From Lama guanicoe (lineage: Eukaryota), in the NCBI GenBank assembly GCA_013239625.1, contig MU053376.1:86833-150832 (forward strand): DNA of 64,000 nt, in the 5' to 3' direction. Made by a program: the position numbers and the translations under genes. Under the pieces are notes generated by a model. The model saw only the letters and a program-made list of their open reading frames with translations. It was not told where the DNA came from and did not search any database. This document shows positions 12,801 through 24,270 of this stretch, one piece after another (within the stretch, counting starts at the first letter, position 1; each line of letters opens with the position of its first letter).

Positions 12801-13299
12801 TCAGCCCGGGGTGCGGGGAGTGAGGGGAGGGCAGGGGCTGACCTCCAGACCCCCTACATCTTAGTGCTTGTTTTTTCTTGCTTGAGGCAGAGGGAGAACC
12901 AGTCCACCCCGAGGCACTTTTGCCCCCGAGGCAGGAGACCTGCCTCTGAACAGATCCAGTGGCCACGAGGCCTCTGTGGGTCTCAGTTTCCCTCGCAAAG
13001 ACAGGAAGACCCTCACCGCTGCTGGGGCACCCAAGGAAGAAATGGATGGGAGTTGGGAAAAGGACCTGGAGCTTTTCGGAAAAAAGAAGCGCTGAATGTC
13101 AGGTGTGACGGCAGGTGGAGTAAGAAACAGGGAGACCTGGGCTGAGGGAGTCCAGGATTTGTGGTAGAGGTGGCGAGGGTGCAGCAGCATGCCCGTCCCT
13201 CTGTACCCCTTACTGAAACAGACCTTTACTGAACCCCTGCCATGTGCCAGGCACTGCACTAGGAATGGGAGAGGGAAGGAAGGGACAGGCGCAGGGGCA

Positions 13300-13450
13300 G
13301 GCGGACTCTGGAGCCAGACTCCCTGTGTGGTCTTGAGTAAGTAACTTAACCTCTCTGAGTCTCAGTTTCCTCATCTGTAACATGAGGACGATAAGAGTCA
13401 CTGCCTCATGGGGCTGTCCTGACTGTTAAATGTGTGACGAGATGCCTGGT
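13300..13450 (+). mobile_element. MIR SINE
   Basis: ggactctggagccagact...aagtaacttaacctctctgagtctcagtttcctcatctgtaa. Confidence 0.8.
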
Positions 13451-16400
13451 GTGATGGCTGTGGTATAGTCCCTGAGAGAGCATCCCAGGCTCAAATCCAG
13501 CCAGAGCCTGGGAAGCAGACAGGTAGACAGATAATTGCAGTCCAGTCAAGTGCTGGAGACCAGGAATGGCCCGGGGCTCTGGAACGCCCTGGAGGGACAA
13601 TAAACTTTCCTAGGATTATTACGGGGTGATGCCTAAAGGAGGGGCAACATTTGAGCTGGGCTTTGAATGAGGAATAGGAGTTTTCTGGTCGAGAATATAG
13701 GAAGGGCCTTCTAGGCAGGGGCACTGTGTGAGCCGCAGCCAAGAGGAGTGAAGGCACCTGTTTGCACCTACATTAGGGTCTGGACCACAAGAGTTGGAGG
13801 GCAGCCGGGCCGCAAGGCATCCGAGCAGCAGGCGAAGGGGTTCGGGCTCATCCCCAGCCCACTCCAGGGTCAGGTGCCAACTTTGCTTGTCACTCAGTAT
13901 CTTTCTTCTTCCTCCTCCTCACGCAATACATTGTAAGTAACTCAGTCTCACTCACTCTGGAATATTCTTCAACTTACAGAGACACGGGATGGTTTGGCAA
14001 AAACACTGGGGAGTTTCAGAGGCAGAAAATTCTGGATTTGAAGCTTTTGGATTTTGAACGTTGACGTTGGGCCATGTGCCTAATTTCTTTGAGTTGCATT
14101 TTCCTCACGCATAAAATGGGGGTAATGGCGTCTCGCCCCCGGCAGAGTTATCAGGAGGACGGGCGCGAGGGTGTGTTACGGGCTGAGATACAGCAATTGT
14201 ACAGTACACAGGAGCTGTTAGGGCTGCCGTCCGTGTGGTCTTGCCAATACCATACACCTTTCTGGGCCTCGGTCTCTGTGTCTGTAGGAGGGAAACTGTG
14301 GCCTGTCTACTTCCTTCTATGCCCATTTCCTGGGTAGATCAGTCAGGCCAGAGACCCAGGACCGGAAGGACTGGCCAGCATTCTTCCCGGGGCACCTGCT
14401 GGATTGAGTGGAGGGAGCTGACCTGCAGTGGTCCCAGCCCAGGCGCTGTTCCCCGTGCTGCAGGCAGTGGGGCCCCCATCCTGCCTTTCCCGCAGGGCCG
14501 AAGCCTTCCAGGGGTCCTCTGACATCGCTGTGCTGGTGTTCAAGGGGCCAACGGGCAGCTGAGGCCAGTGGGCACCAGAGGAGACCAAGGCCCTGGTCTA
14601 GACTGTGTGCCCTCAGGCTTGTCACTTAACCTCTCGGAACCTCGCTTTTCCCATCTGCAGTTGGGAAGGACCATTTGGACCCCTCCCGGGACAAAATGAG
14701 AAGGCTACCTTGCTGTGGCCATAGAGTCAGATGAGGATGATGACAGCTACCCTGGTCCTTTTTGTTGCAGTTTCAAAATCCAGATGCGGAGTCAGATGCT
14801 TGTTCATGATCCCGCATCTGTACTTGGTGGTGCCCTCCGCGGTGTGCCTCCTTCCTCCCAGCTCATCTTAGGGATGCCTCCCTCACAAAACTTGATCAGT
14901 TTGAAAGGGCACAGGGTATCTAATGCCTCATTTTGTGGATGAGGAAATTGAGATTTGGAGACAGCGACTCGTCCAAGTGGTGGGACCTTCTTAGTTCCCC
15001 ACGGGCTGTGGGTCTGAAGGGCTGAAGCTGGTCCAGGTGGCACATCTGGGCCACATGGGAACCTACTTTGGGACCTTGCTACAGAGTCCCCTGGCCTCCT
15101 GCCCTGGCATCCTGCCATTGGTTTGGAGGAATTGGTGATGAGAAGGGCTAGGGGCATCTAGGGATGTCTGGAGCCCCCTGGGCCTCCCGATGGTTGTGGG
15201 GAGCCCATCCCAAGCCCAGATCTGGAAGGATGTTTGCCTTGGCAGAGGGCACCATCCTCCCCTCCTCCCTCACTTGCCACCTTGGCCTTGCCTAGCATGG
15301 CCATAGCCCCATTTTCTCTTCCTCCTCTGTACTCACATTTCTCAGGTGGCCTCAAGGTGAGGTGAGGCCAAGGAGAGAAGGTGGTGCAAAGGGGAACGCG
15401 GGGAGATGGGGCTGAGGATAGACAGTACTCTGGGGGTCCCCTGGCCAGGGGGGCAGATAGCTTCCTAGGTAGCCCTGGAAACTGCTTGAGTAAGAGAGAG
15501 GCAGAAAGAGCAGCAGTGACACTTGGATTTTTCCAAGTGCACATATTTACATATAATTTGCATATAACCAATACACCGAACACAATTTTTTAATCTATCC
15601 CTAGGCACATTCAGATTTTCCTTTTACGGTTGTTCTTTTCAAAGATGGCTGCTTCTGGCTTTTTGCTCGTGTCTGGCCTCACTCCTGTTCCGTTTCCTCC
15701 CCACCCAGGGGGCTGGTGACCAGGAACAGAGAGGGTCCGCTTCGGGTGAGGCCCACCGTCACTCGCCCTCCCTGGGGTGAACATGGAGGGCTGCCCCGCC
15801 GCCACCGCCGCTTTTTATCAGGGACACACAGTCCTGTCCGCCCCAGTCCCCCGCATCGGGCCCCAGTGGCCACCCCTCCCCCGTGACGTGTGTCGGGGCA
15901 CCTTCACACGCAGATGCACAGAGCTCGGCACTTAGCAGGTGCTCAATAAATCTGAGGATAAGGCAAGATTAGAGACAAGAAGGAACGTTGGAAAACAAAG
16001 ACATACGCTGTACAGGCTCCTCAGGGCCTGGCTTTTGTGCCCTTGAAGGGAGAGGTTGGTGGGGAGAGTGAGCCTCGGAGGAAGAGATTGCTCTCCTGGA
16101 CTGTGGCCAAAGGAGGCATTTCTTCCTCTTCTTGGCCTTGCAGGAAATAGTGTTGGGGATGAGAGGAGCAGAAAGGAAGGGCCAGGCCTTCTATTATTTT
16201 GTTTTTCAGAGTGAGAATCTGTTATTAGCAATTTATGACCACCAGGTCTCCAGCCAAGCACATTCTGTTCTCCAGGGTTGGGGGAAGACTCCTAGGGCCA
16301 CGGCGAGAGGCTGGACAGGAAGGACGAACTGGTCAGCAATGTTATAACTGGCCGTGCGGTGCCTTGGCGTGTGCTGGGGGCAGCTTTAGCCTGGGGCCAG

Positions 16401-18127
16401 TTTGAGCCCAGCCCTGTGTGGGGAGATGCCTTCCCCATATGAACCCCGATGGCTCCCGTGAGCAGGTGAGTGGGCTCCCCGCTCACATCATGCCTGCTGG
16501 GCTGCTGGGTTTTCTTCCTGTGAAACGGGGTCAGGGCAGTGACGCCCAGAGCAGAGTCACTGCAGCCCTACAAGGAAAGGAGAGCAGCTGTGTGCCAGGA
16601 GAACCCCGGAAGAGGGGGAGCGGGCGAGATGACCACCCTGTGGAAAGAATGGTGCAGAAGCACAACCCCCTTTTCTGCAGAAGTGCTGAGCTGGTGGAAT
16701 TTAGCTCGGCGGCCGCGAGATCGGGGCAGTAGATAGAGCCCTGCGGGCGCCTGGGCTGCATGTGTGCAGGTGGCTTTGTGGGGGTCCCGGAAGACGATGG
16801 AGAGGGCAGGAGCAGCGTCTGTGGTGCCTCCTCTGCCAGGCTGGCCTCCACGCTTTCCTGGACTCATCACCGGTCCCCATTCCTGGAAGCAAGCCCCCTT
16901 CCTCCATCCACTCCTCTCGTAAGTTTGGTCTCATTCCTCCCTTGATTTCCCCTCATTCTCCCCCCAGCTGTTTGGCTTTGACTAGCAGTTGCTACATTAG
17001 CCATTTGTCAAGGGGTCAGCACCCCCGAATGGTGGTGCCTGATCCCCCAGGCGCTGCTTCATGGCTGGGAGGAGCCCAGGCCACTTTGGGGAGAGCGAAC
17101 TACTTAAGTGGCTTTTTCTTGAATTCCAGTTATGTCTCCAATCCTGGTGCCGTTGGATGGTTGTTGAAGGGCAGATGCACTGGAAGGATAAGAAGCTTTT
17201 GTGGGACTCTGGAAAGAGCCAGGGCAGAGAACGTAATGCCCTGGCAGAGGGGTGGTGTTGAGTTGGGGGTGGTTGTTAGGCGGTGAGAGAAGGGGCCTGG
17301 CTTCCAGCTGGGAGGTTTGGACTATTATCTTATTATTATCCTCGCACAGCTGATGGCCACTCAGTCCTGAGGCGGGTTCCTTGTCCTCTGTCCACGGGTT
17401 GACATCTTCTTCCCTGGCTGGCTCAAGGCTCTTGCCAGGGCTTCATGAAAGGATGAACTCTGTTTTGATTCAGCACGGATGAGTTCATTAAATGCATATG
17501 GAGCACGAACTCTGTGCCCAGCATCCGACTCAGGGCTCCGCTGGGAACCCCTGCGTCCGCCAAGACCTCTGTACCAGGTGCTGCGAGGAGCAGCGGTGAC
17601 TAAGCTAGCAGCCCCGGGCTGAGGAGCCCTGCTGGGGTGGAAAGGGGGCCTTTAGCTCAGGGTGCAATTAGGCAGAGAGCACCAAGGTCAGAGAGAGCCT
17701 TGAATATAGGCCAAGGAGCTGGGACTTTGTTAGCAGTAAGGAACCAGAGAGTGTTTCAGAGAATTTTGAGAATGGGTGGCTCCATCATTCAAGATGAAGT
17801 TTTTCTCTCATTGTTCTGCAAAAAATTCAAACAGAACTCTCCACTTTTTCTTTCCATTCAAAGACGTTTGTGCTGCCTTCACTTGTGGTGAACCGTCTGT
17901 AATCGAGACAACTTCCCCTTCCCTGTAGGGCCGGGGCTCCCAGGGTGTGGGCCAAGCCTGGGGATGGCGTGTTCCTTTTCCCGGGCCGCCCTGACCCACA
18001 CTCATCTCGGCTTAGGCCCCCCGGGGGGTCAAGTGAGTGTGGCCAACTTCCCTGGGATGTGCCGTTTCCTCAATGAATGAGCAACCTTATTTTGCTCTGG
18101 ATGGATGACTACTAATCTCTGGATGTC

Positions 18128-18268
18128 TTTTTTTTTTTTTTCTGGAGTAGGGGGAGGGAGGTAATTAGGTTTATTTATTTCTTTATTTTTGGAGGAGGTG
18201 CTGGGGATTGAACCCAGGACCTTGTGCATGCTAAGCACGTGCTCTACCACTTGAGCTATATCTTCCCC
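18128..18268 (-). mobile_element. tRNA-Ala(AGC)-derived SINE (vic-1-like, camelid)
   Basis: Minus strand GGGGAAGATATAGCTCAAGTGGTAGAGCACGTGCTTAGCATGCACAAGGTCCTGGGTTCAATCCCCAGCACCTCC + AAATAAATAAACCTAATTACCTCCC + poly(A); TSD TGGATGT(C/T)TTT at 18120 and 18269. Confidence 0.9.
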
Positions 18269-18559
18269 TGGATGTTTTTAAAGGCAGTGATGTGATATAT
18301 TTCTTAACAAGTAAGATTTTCAGGGAATGGATAAGCTTTACCAAGCCCTCATGATGTGAAGGCACTGGGTGAGGCGGCAGGAGGAGACCAGACCCTGCCC
18401 ACAGGGAAGCTGTGATCTCTCTGGGGACTGAGGCGGGATTATGGGACACAGAGCTGCGGTGTGGGAACAGAGCCTTTCAGCTGAGTTGGCCTGGGCGCCA
18501 GGACTAGTTCCATCTCCGTGGGCTTGGATTGGGAGGCTGGATGCAAGGTGAACTCAGAC

Positions 18560-18770
18560 AGACCCCAGTTTGACTCCTAGCTCTTCTTCTGAGCTGCGTA
18601 ACTGGTGGCAAATACTAAAACTTTCTTAGAGCCTAGTTTTTTCACCTACAAAGTAGGAAAAGAATAATACCTACCTCATAAGGTTAAAAGGATTCAATGA
18701 AGTGATGTACGGTGCTTGGTACAGGGCCGGAGTATAGAAGATTCCAGTAAATGGGAGCTGATATTAGCAT
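18560..18770 (+). mobile_element. MIR SINE
   Basis: gagcctagttttttcacctacaaagtaggaaaagaataatacctacctcataagg. Confidence 0.65.
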
Positions 18771-20249
18771 CGTGGCCATCGTGGTGTGGTTGCTGGGGCT
18801 TGTGATGGGGTGGGGATGGTGTGGCTCTTCTGGGGTCTGCCTGGGTGTGGGGGCAGCCCCTCCCTTGGGTCATGAGCATGGCTTTTGTAGGGTCTGGGAA
18901 ACGGAGAGGAGCACCTCTCCAGAGTGTGGTGGGGACAGATTTTGTCGACTATGACACTTCTCTCACCCTCCCACCGTATTTTTCCTTCAGATTTGGCACA
19001 CAGATTCGCTGTGTGACCCTGGCCAAGTTACTTAGCCTCTCTGTGCTTCAGCTTCCGCAACCTTAAAATGCCACAGACAGTCACACCTGGTATTGAGACG
19101 ACTGAATAAAAAGGGTTACGTGGAAAGTATTCAGACAGTGTCTGGTACATGGGACTCTTATCCAGGTATTTGTTGCTGTGGTGGTTGTTATCAGAGTGAC
19201 CCATGCCCTCAAAGAAACGAGGGTGAGAGCTGCCGCCCCAAGCGTTCCAGGAGCTTGGAGCAGGGGTGGGGTGTGGGGTGGAGGTGGGCCAGGATGTGCG
19301 CCCCAGTGCGTGGACCCCACTGTGCTGGTGCTGGGGAGCGGCCCAGAAAAGGGAGTGAACTTTTTCACATACTAGCGGCACGCAAGGCATTGCCAGGTAG
19401 AGCAGAAATGATGGTTTGTCTCAAAGTGGACAAAGCCTTTTGTCCTTTCCCCAGTGTTGTCCTGTAAACTGGTCACTAAGGGGACAGTTCTACACCAAGT
19501 ATAATGGATTTTTGCAACACTGATGAAATTCACATCTGAACTGGCCTCACTTTGAGGCATGAATCCTTTGTGTTCACCGGACGCAACTGCTGGTGAATTT
19601 TAAGAATTCACAGTAATAGACAGACTTTGACTAACCTTTGGACTCTGGGTGCTCGGGAGCTGCCTGCAGGAACCTGGCAGGAAGTGAAGGCTGTCCCCGG
19701 GCACCCAGCCCCATGGCAGAGAGGGCTAACTGGGGTTGGGTGTGCCTGCGGGGAAGGTCTTGTGCTATGGTTTTGGACTTGGAGTCCGGTGGACCTTCAG
19801 TGGGATGTTGCCTCCACCTGGTAAAATTCAGGTGCCTCAATTATAAAAATGAGTTTCGTTGCTGCCGAAAATACCTGCGCGATGCTTGGCTTGTTCTGCT
19901 CACTCGAAAAATGGCAGGTGCTGTCACTGTCCCTCTGCTGATTTGGGCTGCAGCCTGGAGGTGGAAGCCAGGGCCTTAGCAGGACTTCTGTTTCCACAGC
20001 ATCAAAGACCTTGGAGCCCTTCCCCATTTACAGTTTCATCTCTGGGGGAGGAATTAATTCACTCCATGTGCAAATGGAAAAACTGAGACCTTGCAAGGTT
20101 GGGTGCGGTGTTCCAGGCCCTACAGTGAGTTAAAGGCATCCAGATCCCTCATCCTTGTATGAGGCCTTTTAAACCACCTAGTGTATGAAGTGCTTTGAAG
20201 TGTTTAGGAAATCACTGTGCTGAGGCTCCTAGCAATCTGGCAGTGTATA

Positions 20250-20380
20250 TTTTGACTCCCAATTTACAGATAGGAAAACTGAGGCTCAGGGAATTAAGAC
20301 TTGCCCAGGGCTGCATCCTGATTTTGTGGCAGAACTAGGGCTCGAACTCCGATCTTCTGCTTCCAAATCATTGCCACTGT
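20250..20380 (-). mobile_element. MIR SINE
   Basis: cccaatttacagataggaaaactgaggctcagg...acttgcccaggg. Confidence 0.7.
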
Positions 20381-21719
20381 GCACTTGGAATTATCACCTG
20401 GGCCGGCTATAGCTTCTCTGCAATGATTTTTTTCCCTCTACACAGGTAAGTATGTTAGGGTAGATAGTCATGAGGCAGGAGGGAGAGGGTTAAATTCCTT
20501 CCTAAGCCACGGAGCTGGGTGCCTCCAGTGACCCCATCATTCACCCTCACCCCCCGGGTCAGGGCAGCAGGCTGTGGGGGAAGGGAAGCCGAGCTGCTCT
20601 AACGGCCCAGTGGGGGCAGAGGGGGGGCCTGGGGAGGCACAGGCAGGCGGGGGGACACTCATCTCATCCTCTCTGGACAGAGATGCCAGTGGCTTTTTTC
20701 GGTTTCCGAAGGAAATCCCCAAGGTCCTCTTCTCGGTGGACTGTCATCAGCATGACCTGCTCTCTGAATCAGGCCACGGAGCACAGGCTCTTAGAGACAC
20801 TGGGAACCCTGTGATGTGTTCTCAGGTAAGTGGGAACTGGGTGACTTTTACCAGTAAAGGCACCAGTAGTAGAAGATGGAAATGTCCGATGAACCTTAGG
20901 GCTGTGTGGGACTTTGGTCCCAGCCTGTCACTCGTTGAGCAGGAAAAGGACAGCCCGGGTGGCCCAAGACGCCAGCATCTGTGGGACAGGCGGATGACCC
21001 TGCAGGCTGGGAAGGCCCTCCATCCCCTCTTCTCTCCCCAGGTGGCCCGTACCCAGTCAGCCCCCTGTTAGCTCGGACCTTCCACTTTAGAGCAGTTGTT
21101 TGAATTACTGTCATCATGTCCTCCTCAGAGGGACCTCGAGAGGCCCAGAGCTGTAGAGTGACTTTCCCAGGGTTGCTTAGCAAGCCGGGGGGTGGGGAGC
21201 GGGGGTGCTGTTCTAGAAACCAAGCATCAGCCTAGGGCTTGCCTTGAAACTGCCGCCCTAAGAAGGACATGCGAGGAATGGCAAAGGAAAGGAGCCAGGA
21301 AAGCCAAGGAGCCGACTTAAAGGCAGCTAAAGCTCTTCCTCTGTCCCCATCTTCCTGCCCCCAGATCCCTTGCCCTCCCTGCTGAGGAATCCTAAATACA
21401 CCTGTCTCTGTGTGGCAGGTGGAAGCCTTCGATTGTTCCTGGAGGTGAGGGAGGCGCTGAGGGGCCGGCCTTCTAGCTGGTAGGGCAGGTCTGGCACTGT
21501 CTGGCTCTGGCTCTTTTAGACACTTCAATTACTGATGTTAATTATGGCTTTGTGAGCATGGGGTTCTCCGAAGGCAGCTGGTCTCCAGCCGGCCACTCTC
21601 CCTGACACCCGGTGTGGCATGAGTCCCCCATCTGTGAGTCTGTGTTTGTGCTCTCGCCTCTGTCCATCTGCAGATTAAAGGCCCCGTGAAAGTGTACATT
21701 ATTAGCAATTTCTCATTCT

Positions 21720-22550
21720 CTATTTTTTTTTGTGGTAAGGTATACAACAACAAAATTTTATCAATTTAACCATTTTTAATTGTATAGTTCAGGGGCATTA
21801 AGTACATTCACATGGTGCAGCCCTCACTGCCGTCCATCTCCAGAACTTCGCATCATCTCAATCTGAATCTCTGTTCCCATTAAACAGTAACTCCCCGCTG
21901 CCCCTCTCCCCAGCCCCTAGTATCCTCTACTTTACTTTCTGTCTCTATGAATTTATTCCACATACCTCATATAAGCAGAGTCCTCTTGGGTCCAGCTTAT
22001 CTCACTTAGCGTAATGTTTTCAAGGTTCATCTATGTGTCAGCATTTCCTTCCTTTTCTTTTTTTTTTTTTGTTTCTGTTTTTGTTTTTTGTTGGAGAAGG
22101 TAATTGGGCTTATTTATTTATTTATTTTTTAATGAAGGTGCCAGGGATTGAACCCAGGACCTCATGCATGCTAAGCCTGCACCCTACCAGCCTCCCTCCC
22201 AAATTTCCTTCCTTTTTAAGGCTGATAATATTTCGTTGTATGTGTATCACATTTTGTTTTATCCATTCATCCCTCCAGACACTTGGGTTGTTCCCACCTT
22301 TCGGCTCTTGTCAATAGTGCCGTATGAGCCGTGGGAACACTCTCTTCCAGGCCCTGCCCTCACTTCTTTCAGGGTATAGACCCAGAGGGGGAATTTTGGG
22401 TCATATGATTATTCTCTGTTTAAGTTTCTGAGGAACCGCCATGTTATTTTCCACAGCAGCTGTCTTGTTGCCAACACTTCTTTTTCCCTTTTCTTTTAAG
22501 TAATAGCCATTTTATAATGGGAGTGAACTGGCATCTCATTGTGGTTCCCC
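21720..22550 (-). mobile_element. Old L1 (L1MB-like) 3' end, interrupted by a SINE
   Basis: Typical antisense L1M 3' UTR text (catttttaattgtatagttca..., ttatccattcatc...gggttgttcccacctttcggct, gaggaaccgcca). Confidence 0.8.
22057..22202 (-). mobile_element. vic-1-like SINE nested in an L1 3' end; A-box region deleted
   Basis: Same body as the 18128 copy; 14-bp TSD ATTTCCTTCCTTTT at 22043-22056 and 22203-22216. Confidence 0.88.
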
Positions 22551-22849
22551 ATCATCTTAAGGGGAAGTCAGGCCCCAAGAAACACTGAGACGTGCCCTCC
22601 CCATTGCAGACGCCATCAGGCCCTGGGCTTGTGCTTCTGGGCCTCCCTCGTGGCCTCCATCCGCCGTCCTGTACCCCCTTTGCTACACTGTCCCATCACG
22701 AGGAGGCAGATGAGGTCCTTCCGCCACCTTGTTCTGCCTGCTGATTGTCAGGGCCCTTTTCTTGCCATCTGTCACTGGAGCAGAATGGCCCTGACCCACC
22801 GAAAGTGCCTGGAGGGTGGATGACCTTGGGGGTGAAGAGGAGATTTCAG

Positions 22850-23270
22850 CAATATGCGATTTAAAGAGTTGAACTGTTTCAACCATGGGCGTTGGATAAA
22901 GTAAATTATTGTAGATGCCTTGGAGGAGATGTGCAGCCATGGCAAATGGCTTTATAAAGAATTTGTAATAATTTCTGATTTTTAGTAACGTGAGAACTTC
23001 TCCTGATATACTGTTAAGTGGGGAGGGCGAGGAATAGTATAAAACCTTGCTTATGAGCTCAACGATGAAAAAAGAAAAAACCTTGCATAGAAAAAAGATT
23101 TATGTGATGGAAAAATATGCCAAATTGTTATCAGCTGCCACCTCTGGATTGATGGGAAATGAGAGACTAATTTTTTTGTCTTCTTTATGTTATCCTAAAT
23201 TTTGCAGATTTTCTGCAATGAGCACACATCCCTTTTATAGTCAGAGAAAAACTGATAAGAAAATAAGGTG
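22850..23270 (+). mobile_element. L1ME-like 3' end fragment
   Basis: gtaaattattgtagatgc...tgttaagtggga...tttgcagattttctgcaatgagcac...ttttatagtcagagaaaa. Confidence 0.6.
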
Positions 23271-23754
23271 ACTGTAGCCACTCGTTAGGCACGTATGTTG
23301 CAGGGTCTATGAAGTTCACAGCTCTGCTTGACGCTGTTGACGGAAGCTTAGGGAGCGGGAGTGGAGGTGTGGGGGCAGAGGGCAAATAAGGGTGGCCAGG
23401 AAGCAAAGGAGAGCTGATAGCTGTTAGGGAGGTAGGGGCTGGAGCAGCTCTGCACCCCTACCTCACTTGGAGGATGATGCAGTAGGACCCTGGCTTTGAA
23501 TCATTTGATGGCTGCATGTAACATTTGCCTTTGACTTCTCTCACAGCAACTGAACGAGGACCTGCCTGGGTCCCCATCATGAGAACAGCAGTGGCCCGGC
23601 AGAGCTTGGGGAAGGGGGGCAGGTGATTCAGGCTCCAGGAGATGATTTTTCCATGGCTCTCGGGACCTCAGACAAGTGGAAGAGAAGCCAGTACAGTTCA
23701 GTACATAAAAGAAGGGACTCAACAGCCAGTAGCCGGGTGGGTGTCTTGCTACCA

Positions 23755-24270
23755 CTCACTGGCTGTGACCGTGGGCAGTTGCTTCACCTCCTTAAGCCTT
23801 TGTGTCCTCATTGGTAAAACAGATGATAATAAAGAGTGGAGAGGGTTTAGCTCAAGTGCTAGAGTGCCTGCTTAGCATGCATGAGTCCTGGGTTCAATCC
23901 CCAGTACCTCCTGTAAAAATAGTAAACCTGGTTACCTCCCCCCAAGATAAAAGATAATTAAGTAATACAATAATTAAAAAAACAGGTGATAATAGTAACT
24001 ATTTCGTAGGGCTGTTGAAAGTATTAAAAGAGCCAGTCCCTACAGACGAACTTAGCTTATTGTGTGCTTGATTCCTGTTGTCTGGTTGAGAGGATTCTGA
24101 TGCTAGACTGCCCGGGCTCAAATCACCTCTGTGCCTCAGTTTCTCCATCTGTAAAATGGGAACAATAATACCATCTACCTCAGATGATTATGGTGAAATT
24201 TAAATAAATGAATATAAATAAAAGTGAGTCAAACAGTGCTCGACATGTACTAAATACTCAGGAAATGTTC
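23755..24270 (+). mobile_element. Two adjacent MIR SINEs, the first split by a vic-1-like SINE
   Basis: ccactcactggctgtgacc...ctcattggtaaaac; second core ctctgtgcctcagtttctccatctgtaaaatgggaacaataata at ~24127. Confidence 0.75.
23838..23980 (+). mobile_element. vic-1-like SINE nested in a MIR
   Basis: GGAGAGGGTTTAGCTCAAGTGCTAGAGTGCCTGCTTAGCATGCATGAGTCCTGGGTTCAATCCCCAGTACCTCC; flanking repeat AAAACAG(A/G)TGATAATA at 23816 and 23979. Confidence 0.88.

Noticed and set aside
18196..18268. tRNA-Ala(AGC)-like sequence (also at 22130, 23838, 30077)
   Set aside because: Continues into a shared SINE tail with poly(A) and TSDs; SINE heads, not tRNA genes.
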